From NCBI GenBank assembly GCA_905178155.1, contig CAJINV010000014.1:527040-591039 (forward strand): 64,000 bases of DNA, read 5' to 3'. Positions 49,407-60,617 of this stretch are shown in pieces. Position numbers and translations under genes: made by a program. Source of the stretch: Amoebophrya sp. A120 (lineage: Eukaryota; Protista; Dinoflagellata). Numbering within the stretch: position 1 is the first letter of the stretch; each line of letters opens with the position of its first letter. The notes beneath the pieces were generated by a model. It was not told the origin of the DNA and did no database searches. It was given only the letters and a program-made list of their open reading frames with translations.

Positions 49407-52400
49407 TCAAATTGCAAATCCGATTTTCGCCAGTCCCCCTTTCCAAGGGCTCGGGACGTAGATCTGCGAGCCGATCACGTAGTATACAATTCCGAGTTCG
49501 TCAAGATAAACCGGCAGCTGCGAAAGGGCGACATTCGCTCTGTAGTTGTCGTAGTTCTCGTGGTGTCCTCCTTCGACTTGTGTTGCAGCTGTGGACGACA
49601 TTGACAGCAGCTTCCGCGTTTCTTCGTACTCGATTTGGGCCGCCAGCTTGAAGATACCCTGGTCGAAGCAGTGCTCGGGGAAAGGATCCTCCACCTGGTT
49701 TTCAAAATTCAGGTTCAGGCCGTGGGTGTTCGGGAGGCAGCCGTGCTCCTTCAGCTTGTTGTAGCAGTGCCAAAGCTGGTCGATCCCAACGGCCACCTTC
49801 CGGAGCACGAAACTCACCCGGCCGTAGTTGGTATCAAATGACAAAGTGTCGGGGTCTGGAAGAGTCATGCTATTTTTCCATGACGCAGAAGGTCTGGCAT
49901 GGAAGCTCGAGCATCACAGGTTTCGAGAAGCTTCCGCAATGCCAAATCCGCATGACAAATCCCCCAGTTTGGTGACAGGGAGTGGGCAGCTTTTGCTACC
50001 TATGCATGAGAAATTTTTCTCCTGTGTCCTGAACTGCGCATCACAAATTACATCCTTCCAGACCCAGACATTTTTGCACTTGATAGTTGGGACAATTGTG
50101 CAACAGCCGGTAAGCCGCCGTCTCGTCGGGACACGTGATCACGCCTCGCAAGACGGCGCGGCGGTCGGCGGGAGCGGGATCGGCGTCTTTACAGATGCTC
50201 TGTGGTCGCGCAGGTCCTCGTCTACTAGGACGGGGGCAGGCAGTGTAGCTATCTTCCACTGGTATTGAACCAGCTCCAGCGACAGTGTCATCTGCATCGC
50301 TCGTGGTCTCTTCATGACTACGACGTTCATGAACATCAATACTAGGTGGCGTTGTGCAGCAGCTCGACGCGAACGATGAATTCTCTGTAGTACTGCCAAC
50401 GGTGGAGCAAGAACGGCTCTTGAGGAGGTTGTTCTCCTGGTGTTCTACAACTACGAACTGATTGTCTTTGTCACTTGTCTGCACTTTCTTCATCATCTGT
50501 GGCTGGTCGTGTAGGGCAGGCCGCGTATTGTTTGCTTCTTGATGGAGGTCATCAGGTAGTGGTAGTCCTGGTCCTCGTCTTGTTTCCCTTCTTTCTTGCC
50601 AGCCCGTCCCGTCATTTTGGTCGTGTGCTAGCTGTGCTCCTTCGCCTTCATGTTTCATCTCTGCATTGATACCACGACCACGACCTCCGCAGCGACTGCC
50701 TCCATCGGAACTACCGTCCAGCCTCTTTTTGGGGCCATAATAATTGGAGCTTCTACCATGATCAGCTTTTGGAGGTCCTCCTCGCCCACCTCGTCGTGGA
50801 TTGGTCTTGGTCTTGCTGCCGCGGAGGTCGTAGTCTTTTTTCAACGTTGCAGCTTCTCCGCTGATCATGTCTTTATTTGCGTCCACTTTCCGTTCTTGTA
50901 CTTGTGATAGTGCCTCTTGTTGGAGCTTCATCTTTCCTTGCTTATGCTTCCCGACGTGGTTGCAGCTCCTGCAGGAGAGATTTTTGTACTTCTGTTCCAG
51001 AAAGTCTCTGTCCTGCGCCTCTTCCTATCGAATGCAAAAGCATCGTCGCGTGCTCGACGTACAACTTCATCTAACAGCAGATATTGATATGCATGACAAA
51101 AAAACTAATTCCGGATCCAGCTGCTAAGGTTTTGTTGAGCCAGGAGCAAGACAAACTGCATCTTTCGATGCTTTTGCAATTCATACTTCCTCTGACAGAA
51201 GCTCCACCTCCTGATCGTACTCGCGCACATCGTTCCATTGCAGAAGTGTCGTGAACGATCCCACCAAAAAACTGTCTCACTATTTGCAGAGTCAGCAATA
51301 CAACAAATTCGCTGGTCACGCTTTGGTTACCAGATGACACACTAAATCTGGAGTGCGTCTTCAGACACAAGAGAAACAAACACAGAACGGAAATGAGATG
51401 ACTTTCGTGCAGCAGGTGGAGCATGACAAAAAACTGTCCCGAGCAATGGTGCCAATATCCACATATACGAAATTGAGACTGAGCCATCAGTTTCAGTTTT
51501 TTCTCGCGATATGAACAGCTGCGCATCTTCCTCCCACCAAAACTCGCGGTTCATTTTGTCCAGCCCTTGCATCCGCATCCTTTGGTCTAGCTTGGCAATT
51601 TCCGCCGCCGGGTCGAGCCTGCTCAGTTGCACTTGCACCATGTTCAGGACAGGGATTGTGCCAGAACTTTGGGCTGGTTCAGTCGTACTACAACCCGATG
51701 GTCTGCTGGATGTCGCAGCTTTACTCGTTCTATCCTCTGCAAAAGTCTATCGTGCTCGTAGTGAAAGTGACTGCAGTCGTGCGTGACAAATTCAAATCAA
51801 ACCTTCTTCTTCTACCTGAACTAGCATGAAAAATTGATGCATGTTCGTTCTTTTTGGCAGAATTTGTGATGCTATTTGTCATAGTCGATGAATATAGTAC
51901 TTTTGCAATCCATAAGTTGCTGTAGTACTTCGGGAGGTCGTGGTGAGACATTCAGAAAAATCATCCACGTCCACTTCCTCTTTCCGACGGCCTTGCTCCA
52001 CTTCCGCGACCCCGAGCGAAATCTATCGCAAGAAGAAACTGCTTCACTGTTCTAAACTTGCAAAGCAGAGCGCGTAGGACAGAACTGCTTGTGGTCTTGC
52101 CACACATGCAAGACGAGGGCACCGGATTTTTAATCGGTGTTTGTCCTTTTCGTCAAAAAGCTCGCGTGACAAATTTCCTATTGTAATTATATCGAGCGAC
52201 ATATTTGTACTGCGCAACATGCAAAAGCATTTTTACAGTGAAGCACCCTTTTCTTACGATCATAAAGCCGTGCTGTCATAAACCAGACCTTCATCACCGG
52301 TAGATAACGAGGTGGATGTGGTCGACCCTGTTGTACTAGTAGCACGACTTGTTCTAGTATTCCCTGTCGGAGATGTTGTTTCTCCTGCTTTATTTGCCGT

Positions 52401-55400
52401 GCGATCTGTGCTAGTACAACCCAAGGACTGTCCGCCTCCACCTCCGCCGCTGCGCTGCAACTGCAGAAGCTGCAACATCTGCTTGCACGAATTGCTCCAC
52501 GAGCGCCCGGCGTTGAGGAGCGTGTCGGGGGTCACGGAGTGTAGAAACTTGGGTTGGTACCCACACAGCCAGAGGGTGTCGAACAGGTCGGGCAACTGCA
52601 TCACACGCGCCGCGAATTTGACCAGAGGTATGTTGGTCTGAATCCAGGACTTAAAACCGGTGCTCTTGCGGTACGCCAGGTGTGGGGGCGGCAGCCGGTG
52701 AAAGATTTTTCGGCCGGTCAGCAGCACGGCCGACAGCGCGTAGCCGGACTGTTGCCGAAGTACGTACTGCGAGAACGCGGCGTGTTCCTGTTTCTCCCAG
52801 AAAGACTCCAGGAAACCACGGCTCAACTTGCTATTTTTTTTCATCTTCTTATTGCCCTTCTCATCCTCCCGCTCACGTCCAAGCTCGAGCATCACTTGCA
52901 AGGGCAGGCTTTTGCTCCGCGGCATCGACGGCTGCTGCTCGCTTGAGGGCGGTGGATGCTGAGCATGCCCGCCAGCCGCGGTCGTGCAGGAGTTGTTCTG
53001 GGTGTCGTGTACTTGTACTATCCCTGCGGCTCCCGCTCTTGTCCGCATGTACTGGCTGATGTGTAGACTGTGTCCGTCGAAAGCAACATCTGCCCCGAAG
53101 GGCGGGCCAGTATGATTGGGATCTTTGAACTCGTAGAAGGTGTTCTTCACTGCCACACTGACGGCCGTCTGGTGCATGCGCTTCCACTCTTCCCAGCACC
53201 CGACCACGCCGGCGCGAACTTTGCTGCCGAAGGCCAGCGTCCCCACCCGCATGCGCGTGGCCAGGCTGGTGCTCAGCGTGTAGCTCGTCACAGCGGAGGA
53301 CAGAGCAGACTCAAGTTCTACGTCACGGTCCTGGTCGTTTTCCTGACGAAATGTAGTGCTGCTAGTCGTTGTACCCGAAGGACAAGATGAAAATGTTGCA
53401 CAAGGACTTTCCACACAATTTGCCGCTGCACCAGTAGCAGCAGCAGCTGCCGCAACCCCATCAACGCGCTCTCCATTGTTCTCGGCGGAGCAGGAGCTGC
53501 TGTCGGTGCTTCTCATCTTCTGTGCCCGTTTCGCCTCGATTCGCCACCCCTTGCCCGGGCGAAAATACAAAAAATTTTTGCTTGCTTTCTGCACCTGTTC
53601 CTGTACAACTTGCAAACAAGCTCCTTCGGCACGACCTGCTTGAGCAACATTTTCATCACCATCTGCCGGGTCTTGTGATGTACTACTACTTGTACAACTA
53701 CCGTTACTAGCATTTGTATTTCTCCCAGCATTTTTCTTTGACATTTTCATCTTTTTGTTGTCCTTCTTCTTCTTATTTCCCGCCCCGGAGGTAGTTGTGG
53801 AGGGTGCAGCTGCACCTGCACGTGGACGCGCAGCAGCAGTAGTTCCGTTTCTGTTTACTTTCGCACCTCCTGCTCCTGCCAGGGGTCCGCGTAAAGAGAA
53901 AGTGAGAAGCGACGAAGAGGGTTGTGAGTGGACGACCTCCAGGGCAGTTCTCCTCGTTGGACAGTTAGGAGTAGCAGCTCGAGGACGAGCAGCGCTACCT
54001 TGTTCTTCTTGCTCGCCGGAGCAATTCCTTGTGCGGTGACCACCTTGAGAACTACCAACATTTTGTTCTCCGCAAAAATCATTGTTTGCTTGTCCGCAAT
54101 TTTTCCCGACCACGAAAACTTTTTTGATGTTTTTCCTAGTACAACTGCTCGTAGAAGATGATATTCCTTCATCGGCGTTAGTCGCATCATCAGCCAGCTG
54201 TGTTTGTTCTGGTGGTGCACGTGCAGAGTCGCGGCCGTTCGATTCAATACATGTTCGAGTCGGAGCCCCAGGAGCTGGTGCGCCGGGCCAAGAAGACGAA
54301 GACGAAGTCTCGGCGGCCACTTCGTAGTCGCCCCACAGTTCTAGCTGGAGCTTGCGCACACTGACCTTGTCCCTCCAACATCGTGGAGGTCGTCGTCCGG
54401 AATTACTTTGCGTGTTAGCCGCAGCCGGTGCTGCTGGTGGGATAGTTGTATTGGAGCTGGATGTCAAAGTTCTTGCACCGGCAGAAGCAGGTGTGCTGAC
54501 CGCAGAAGTCACAGACTGCTGCTGCTGCTTGAAATCATAAAGACAACTACTTTCGCTGTAAAATCTGTTCTCATCGGCCGGTGGTCGTGTTGCGGTAGAC
54601 GAGTGTGATACTTTTACTTGCGGTTGCGCCGTCGAAAGAGTTCCTACTGCAGAAGTGCTCGTCGAGGAGCGGCTAAATGATGTTTCGTCTTCTTGACCTT
54701 GACCTTGCTGAGCAATGGTGCCTGAGTTGGGAAAAATTATGGGATTCGTGCTGCACAAGTTCCTCGTCTGTTCATCCTGTCTTACAATAGGTTCCAACAT
54801 TTTTTGCAAGAACCCGTGGTCCTCCACCTTGCTTGCAGTTGTGTCTACTTCTACCACCCCGCCGTGCTCCTCCTGTCCATGCTGCTGGAGGTCCGGCTGC
54901 TGGTGGTTTTGGTGCTCCTGAACAACAAAAGGACCACCAACGTCGACCGGCGGAGGAGCAAGAACGTAGAGAAAGGTGTTCACGTCCAGAAGATCGTCGT
55001 GCACAACTGGCACTGCATCTGCAACATTCTCGACATCTTGGACACGGCGACACGACTCGGCCTGGCAGTGCTCTGCTGGCTCCTGCTTGCGTGTAGAGGA
55101 ACTACACACTTCTGCAGGTACTGCTCCTGCAGCCGATTCCTGAACTTGATTTAAGCTGCTACTTCCATGCGCAGCTATTTCCTCCGCGAAGCCGCCAGCG
55201 AATTTGTTGTAGTTCTTACCCTGGATGGTCCTCGTGCCACTGGTACTACGACAACTAGATCTAGTACAAGCACGACGACCCCCGCCCTCCTCGACACTAC
55301 CGTCGCCACGGCCTCCGGCTGCGCTGGCAGGGGTCGTGGCGGAGGAGGGTGAAACTATTTTATCTGATAATGTTGTGCTGTGCTGTTGCTCATGTTGCTC

Positions 55401-58400
55401 TGGTCGTGTGCTGGTACTGCTACGGCTCCACTTGGCTGTTGAAGCGGTGTACTTCATTCTGGTCATGTCATCTTTATGACTGTCCACATGTCGACGCATC
55501 AGACCATCTTCAGTACTAGTACTAGAGGCAGTAGTTTTATCGCGAGGAGCGCCTGCACCTTGGAACACGGAGCACGATGTTAATGAACCACCTGCATGAA
55601 GATCATGTTCCTGACCACCTGCTCGACCTCCAAGGACATCTACTTCTTGTTCAACCACAACAGGCACCTTTGGAGGACGATTTTTTATGCTTGCGCGAAC
55701 AAGATCTTCATCCTCCTCTCTTCTACATTTTCCAACCTCCACTTCGATTTGCGCAGCCCGTGCGTCTTTCGCTACCGCCTTTTCATCTGCGCCACCAGCA
55801 ACCTCTCCTCCAAGAACTTTTTCTGCCTGGTTGTAGTTCATCTCCGAAGCTGGTGCAAACTGGCTACTGTACGTGCTGTGGTCTGCACGTAAGACGGATC
55901 CACTTGCTGCAGAAGCAGCTGCTCGAGTAGTTGCAGTGGCCTGGCTCGTCCGGTCGTTCTGGTCGAGATCGTCGTGTCGCCATAATCGGCGTTCGTTGTT
56001 CTGCTGCAGATTTTTCTTCTTTTCCGGAGTAAAACGAAACCAAAACTCGAAGAGCCGCCCCAGTGTGATCACGCGGGTGGAGGTCTTTGAGCGGTGGTCC
56101 TCGACGCCGTCGTGCTTGTAACAACTAGAGCTGTTCTTGGTGCTGCTGGTGATCTTCGACGAGCAGCAAGAAGCAGGTTCTTCGGAGAGAAGGTGCAGAA
56201 CCACACGGGGCTTGGATCGGCAGGCTTGTTCTTCCTGCGCCGATTGATGTAGTTGGGAGCAAGCACCACCATCGCCACCAGCTGCTTCGCACGGAGGAGG
56301 TTCTGGACAGAATCCATCCGGTGGTGATGGTCGTGAACAAGCAGCAGCAACAGCAGCAGCAGCTCCGCGTTTTTGCTGCGAGGACGTCGATAATATTCTC
56401 GTCTCATGATCTACCACCTCTCGTCGCACATCTGTCAACAGCGCTTCAGCTTCTGCAAGTTCATCTGCGTGATCAGCTGTACAAGAACTTCTGCTAGCGT
56501 TACTTCCTTCTGGACGCGCCGCTTGCACAGTTTCGTCTCGCGGTCCTCCACCTCCGCTTGCACCGGTCGGGGTCTGGGACGAGGGGGACGAAACGACGAT
56601 TCGCCCGCAGCAGAAGGATGGACAGGTGGAGGGCGTAGAATTATTTGGATTTCCAGGAGTACTAGATGCTGCAGGAGCGCAAGATGTTGCTGCAGGTCCG
56701 CCAGAAAGAACTGTTTCATGTTGATGTTGTTGTTGTTCCTGTATTTTCTCATTCGTCTGTTGCTCCGGCTGATCGTGCTGCAAGCAAATCTTCTGCTGCA
56801 ACAAGGCCGTGGGAATGTCAACTTCCAGAAATCATATGGCAGCGTCAGGTAATGGAAGGAAATAATTATCGAGGACATGGACTGGTCGAATAGGGCTGCT
56901 CTAGAAGTACTAAATTACCATGCAGATGAAGAAGTGCATCAAAATAATACTGTCGCTGTCCACCACGCTTTCATGCAAAAATGAAAAGTATCTGTATCAC
57001 CTTGATATAATTTCCAGAAATTATTTGTCCAATCATGTGTCGACGAAAATTCCTGTCCATGACTGCACGCTTCCATACACCGGCGAAAGAGTTCACTCCG
57101 CGTCCCGGCCCCGCCGCCGGCGCTGAGTTGCTCCTTCGCAAATTTGAGCCGTTCAAACATCTTCTGCATGACGGCCAGCCCCGCGATGCTCCGGGTGCCA
57201 TCGAGGCAGAAGAACCCGATTTCCAGGCCATCACACCCCTCCACAAGCACGGCGACGGTTGGCGGGTCGCGGTTGTTTGTTTTTCTACTTCGGGCGGGAA
57301 GATGTTGATGTTGCTCCGGGCCCGGGGCGGCCAGGTTGCTGCTACAACTGGTCCACGTGCAGTTCGTCGAATTCCACGACCTATCATGCAGCCTATCAAA
57401 ATACCCAGAGCTCGTCGTCCGGCCGGCGGCGTCGGCGACGCCGCCGCCGCTTGCACAGTCCGCATAGTTTTTGTCGGTCAGTGAGAGTGGAGTAGATGCA
57501 GTTCTTGTTTTCAGATCAGCACCTCCGTCGTCCTGCTGGGCCAAGAAACGTCCTCGTCCTCCAACGGCCCCACCATCCGGCTGAGCGGATAGCCGCGGCG
57601 GCCCATCCTCAACTTTACTACGTTGCCCGTTTTCCGGCAACGAAGATTCTCCAGACGGCCTGCTCGTCGGCGCCCCAGACGTTTTTGTTTCGGATAGCAA
57701 GGTCGTGCAGGACGGGCAGCTCGACGTCCACCCTGTTCCGCTAGTCGTGCTCGGCGGGTAAGACGACTTTGCGCTATCTCCAGGCGAAGATGAGTAGACC
57801 GGTTGTAGAAGGCCGCGTTCTTCTACTTGGGGGGCTCGAGGATCTCGAAAAAGTGGCTCTTGTGCTGCACGACCGGAGGATGGCGACGCACTACGCGTCT
57901 TCAAACTCGTCCCTTGTTCCACGGCAGTCCTCGCAGAAGTTCCTTGATCTCCTCCTGCATCATCAGAATGAGAAGAAGAAGATGATGATGATAGTACTGA
58001 TGATGATGAAACAGGCGTAGAAGGAGCACGTAAGAGAGGATGTTGAGATGTAGTTCGACTTGGTGGATGAACAGCAAGGTGGATAAAGTCCTCCTTCTCC
58101 TCTTCGCGCCGCGACAAAATTTCGACCTCAAGGCCTTCCGGCTCCCACACGCGGGTCAACGGGGAAGAAAACGGAGGAGGACGACGAGTCGGACAGATTT
58201 ATAACACGAAAGAACAGCACCAGTACTAGCGTTAAAAAAAGCGAAATTTGTTTGGCACAGCTCCGTGATAACAAGGCAACATCAAAAGCGGCTGGGGTCG
58301 TGAATCTGCATTGCATGGACATGGCATGCATCAGACGGCATCCTCGCAATTATCTGGCGGTTGCAAGAAAATGAAAAATGAATACGTGTACGTTGCACGA

Positions 58401-60436
58401 CTACTCCGAGATTTATGAAAATGCAAATAGCCACTGGTAGTAACGCTAGCACGTCTAAAAGTAGTTTGTTATTGTTTGATATAGGAGGCGCTAGAGCCTT
58501 GCTCCCTTCGTTGTCATTCTGCAGCGCCGTGGAGGTCGGTTCTCCGTTATTCTGTAGCAGATCCTGCGCCTGAAGAACTGCGTCGCCCTTGTTTCGTGCA
58601 ATGTTGTTCCTCGTCCGCCGGTATCCACTGCAAATGTATCGTAGTACTACCCGTAGTGATTCTTGCACGTTATAATGCACGACAAATCACATCATGATCT
58701 ACTAATACTCGAGACCCTGATCCAGCATGACATACTGCTTCCTTTTTTTTTTCTCCTGAGAAAGATTAAATTGTTCTATAATTCATACAACGGAAACTAT
58801 ACTATACAAGCTCAACTACGAAGGTACTTTTCGATTTGGTTTTGCAATGCATAACCGGGCGGCTCGCTTCCCCGCGAACGTCTTCCGCTTGGTGCCGCCG
58901 CAATATCACATGCAAATGACTCTGGGTCTGGAACAGTGCCAATGTTTGCGTTTGCTATGCCTATGCAACGTGTCTTTTGCATCTTCACACAAATGGCCTC
59001 AAAAAGTGCACCCAAAAGCACCACAGGTTTTGCAGACGAGCAGGGCTCATGCTGTCTATTCCGCTTGAGAAACTTGCCCGACGGAGTCGGGAAAAAAATG
59101 GGCTGCTTCTGGCGCTATTTTCATGTGCTTTGGAGTTAGCGTCACAGGTTTGATGCGTTCTTCAACTTCCAGACTTATTTGAGACATTTGCAATGAATAC
59201 GTTGGTCCCTCCAGCAACATCAGACTCTTGTGCGGGGGACTTTTTCGGAAAACCACCCAGCGGCTGTCCAAGAAAAAAGGATTTGAGGTGTAAGTTTCTT
59301 TATATACAGAACAGCATTTGCTTTTGCATTTACAAATCTGACACTCATGCGCTTTCATTATGGACCCAGGGTCCACAATTAGAGCGCGGGCGTGTTTTGC
59401 ACGACCACCATGACAGACGCAATTCTATAACTGCATGTTGCGCGTCACAATAAGTGCTCACATCACCGCACAACTTTTTTTGTTGGATAGCGGCTCGTCC
59501 TGCTCCTGCTGTTGTCGAGCAATTTCGTAGATGTTCTTCTTGACCCTCGCCAAGTAGTATGCAGTGCAAATATGTAGTCTGGGTGACTGGAAAACTGCAA
59601 GTTGTAATGCGCCCTGTAGTTGTAGATCAGGATCATCACGCAAAAACTTTTCGTTTTCTCGCCCGGGTACTAGGTATAGCACAAGATGCTCATCTTTGGC
59701 CTTCCTGCGGTCGCGAGAATTTGAATTGTCTGTCAGGAAAAAGCACATGCATAGCAAAACCCTAACCTTACAAAACCTGCGATGCTGAAAACTGCACTCC
59801 AGTCCTCGCGCTCGCAAGGTCCAAGCATCCAAAACCTGCATGACAAACTCCTGCACTTTTCCAGACCCAGACACGTTGGGAAGTATTTGATACATAGGTC
59901 ACCTGCAGCTCCTTCTGCAGGTGGTACAACTCCAGGGGCACCATATCATAGTGCACAACGGCCCCTCGTCGTTCCCATTTCCCATGCAAAAGAAGAACGC
60001 CAATCATCTCACTCTGTGTCTGTTTCCGTCTTGTCACTATTATGCATGACAGGTTCATCCACATCCCCCGGCAGCACTGCAATCCTGTGCAGCAGCGAGG
60101 ACTTTGCCATGCAAAAGCTGCTGCACTCTCGCCGATGCGTCTGGTGCTGTTCACGCATCACATGTGAGGGCGTCGAGCAGCGGGAGCTATCGTGCACTCT
60201 CCGATACTCCAGCTTTGACAGCTATCCTGTGCAAAAGTATCGCTATCGTTCCAGTGGAAATAACCGCATGACAAATCTTCTCAGCAGGTTGAGAGAAAAT
60301 GAAAATCAGGAACATTATATGCGGATTTTTCACCTTCACAAAAAAATGCATGTCTCCAATTAGTACGAGTGCGTGTACGACACTTTGCTCTGCATACAAC
60401 CGAGAAGCCTGCAACGTGTATGATGAAGTCGGACTG
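49407..60436 (-). CDS. Very large low-complexity protein of unknown function split by many, mostly degenerate, introners; 5' end and junction near 56.8-57.0 kb unresolved (may be two genes)
   Basis: ORFs 49407-49868, 50041-50931 and 52260-56804 join in frame via elements at 49832, 51026, 51281, 51731 and 52024. Short exons at 58.5-60.4 kb join via 58622, 58904, 59265, 59558, 59944 and 60223. Confidence 0.5.
49832..50085. mobile_element. Introner family D (254 bp)
   Basis: Family D TIR; TSD GTTGG; removal gives NCPNYGRVS. Confidence 0.9.
51026..51185. mobile_element. Introner family E variant (160 bp)
   Basis: TATCGAATGCAAAAGCATCG / CGATGCTTTTGCAATTCATA; TSD CTTCC. Confidence 0.85.
51281..51511. 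mobile_element. Probable highly eroded introner (231 bp)
   Basis: TAT...ATA ends and an internal GCATGACAAA; element + 5 bp removal gives QLFNSFLVG. TIR and TSD barely visible. Confidence 0.45.
51731..51914. mobile_element. Introner family E, degenerate (184 bp)
   Basis: TATCCTCTGCAAAAGT ... ACTTTTGCAATCCATA; flanks CGTTC/AGTTG; frame restored. Confidence 0.75.
52024..52264. mobile_element. Introner, family K-like, degenerate (241 bp)
   Basis: TATCGCAAGAAGAAACTGCTTCACTGT / ACAGTGAAGCACCCTTTTCTTACGATCATA; flanks AAATC/AAGCC; frame restored. Confidence 0.65.
58622..58853. mobile_element. Introner family E, degenerate (232 bp)
   Basis: TATCCACTGCAAATGTATCG ... TTTTGCAATGCATA; flanks GCCGG/ACCGG. 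Confidence 0.72.
58904..59199. mobile_element. Introner family D, degenerate (296 bp)
   Basis: TATCACATGCAAATGACTCTGGGTCTGGAA left end; eroded right end; frame restored (GGTNGGTKRK). Confidence 0.6.
59265..59489. mobile_element. Introner family K-like (225 bp)
   Basis: TGTCCAAGAAAAAAGG / CTTTTTTTGTTGGATA; TSD GCGGC; removal gives QDEPLGGF. Confidence 0.75.
59558..59892. mobile_element. Introner family D, degenerate (335 bp)
   Basis: TTCCAGACCCAGACA near the right end; flanks AGTAG/CATAG; frame restored (LQVTY.ARVKK). Confidence 0.7.
59944..60206. mobile_element. Introner family I, degenerate (263 bp)
   Basis: TATCATAGTGCACAAC ... GTGCACTCTCCGATA; flanks CACCA/CTCCA. Confidence 0.7.
60223..60396. 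mobile_element. Introner family E, degenerate (174 bp)
   Basis: Clear left TIR TATCCTGTGCAAAAGTATCG; eroded right end ...TGCATA. Confidence 0.65.
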
Positions 60437-60617
60437 TATCCACGGCAAACAAATTCCCCGCACTCGTCCAGATGCACTTTCTGCATGACAAAACGTTCCC
60501 TCAATCCTATTGAGCATGACAAGTAGCATGTTCTTGCTCTAAGAAATTGGCGAGTTAATTTGCGATGCATTTTGTACGACGTGTTGTAGTTGTACAGGAA
60601 TTTCGTTACTGTGGATA
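60437..60617. mobile_element. Introner family H, degenerate (181 bp)
   Basis: TATCCACGGCAAACAAATTCC / GGAATTTCGTTACTGTGGATA; flanks GACTG/AACTT; reading frame across it not resolved. Confidence 0.55.

Noticed and set aside
56823-57021. Possible introner or 10-bp direct repeat (TTCCAGAAAT) between ORFs 56939-58159 and 52260-56804
   Set aside because: No matching TIR or TSD, and neither removal rule joins the two long frames. An intron is likely but its boundaries are unresolved.
58200-58481. Possible eroded introner with inverted CTAGCGTTA
   Set aside because: Frame is restored by element + 5 removal, but the TSD is absent and a one-in-three chance match cannot be excluded.
8065-60617. CRISPR-like or prokaryotic REP interpretation of the recurring repeats
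   Set aside because: Repeats are inverted pairs with TSDs dispersed in eukaryotic exons; there is no repeat-spacer periodicity and no cas gene.
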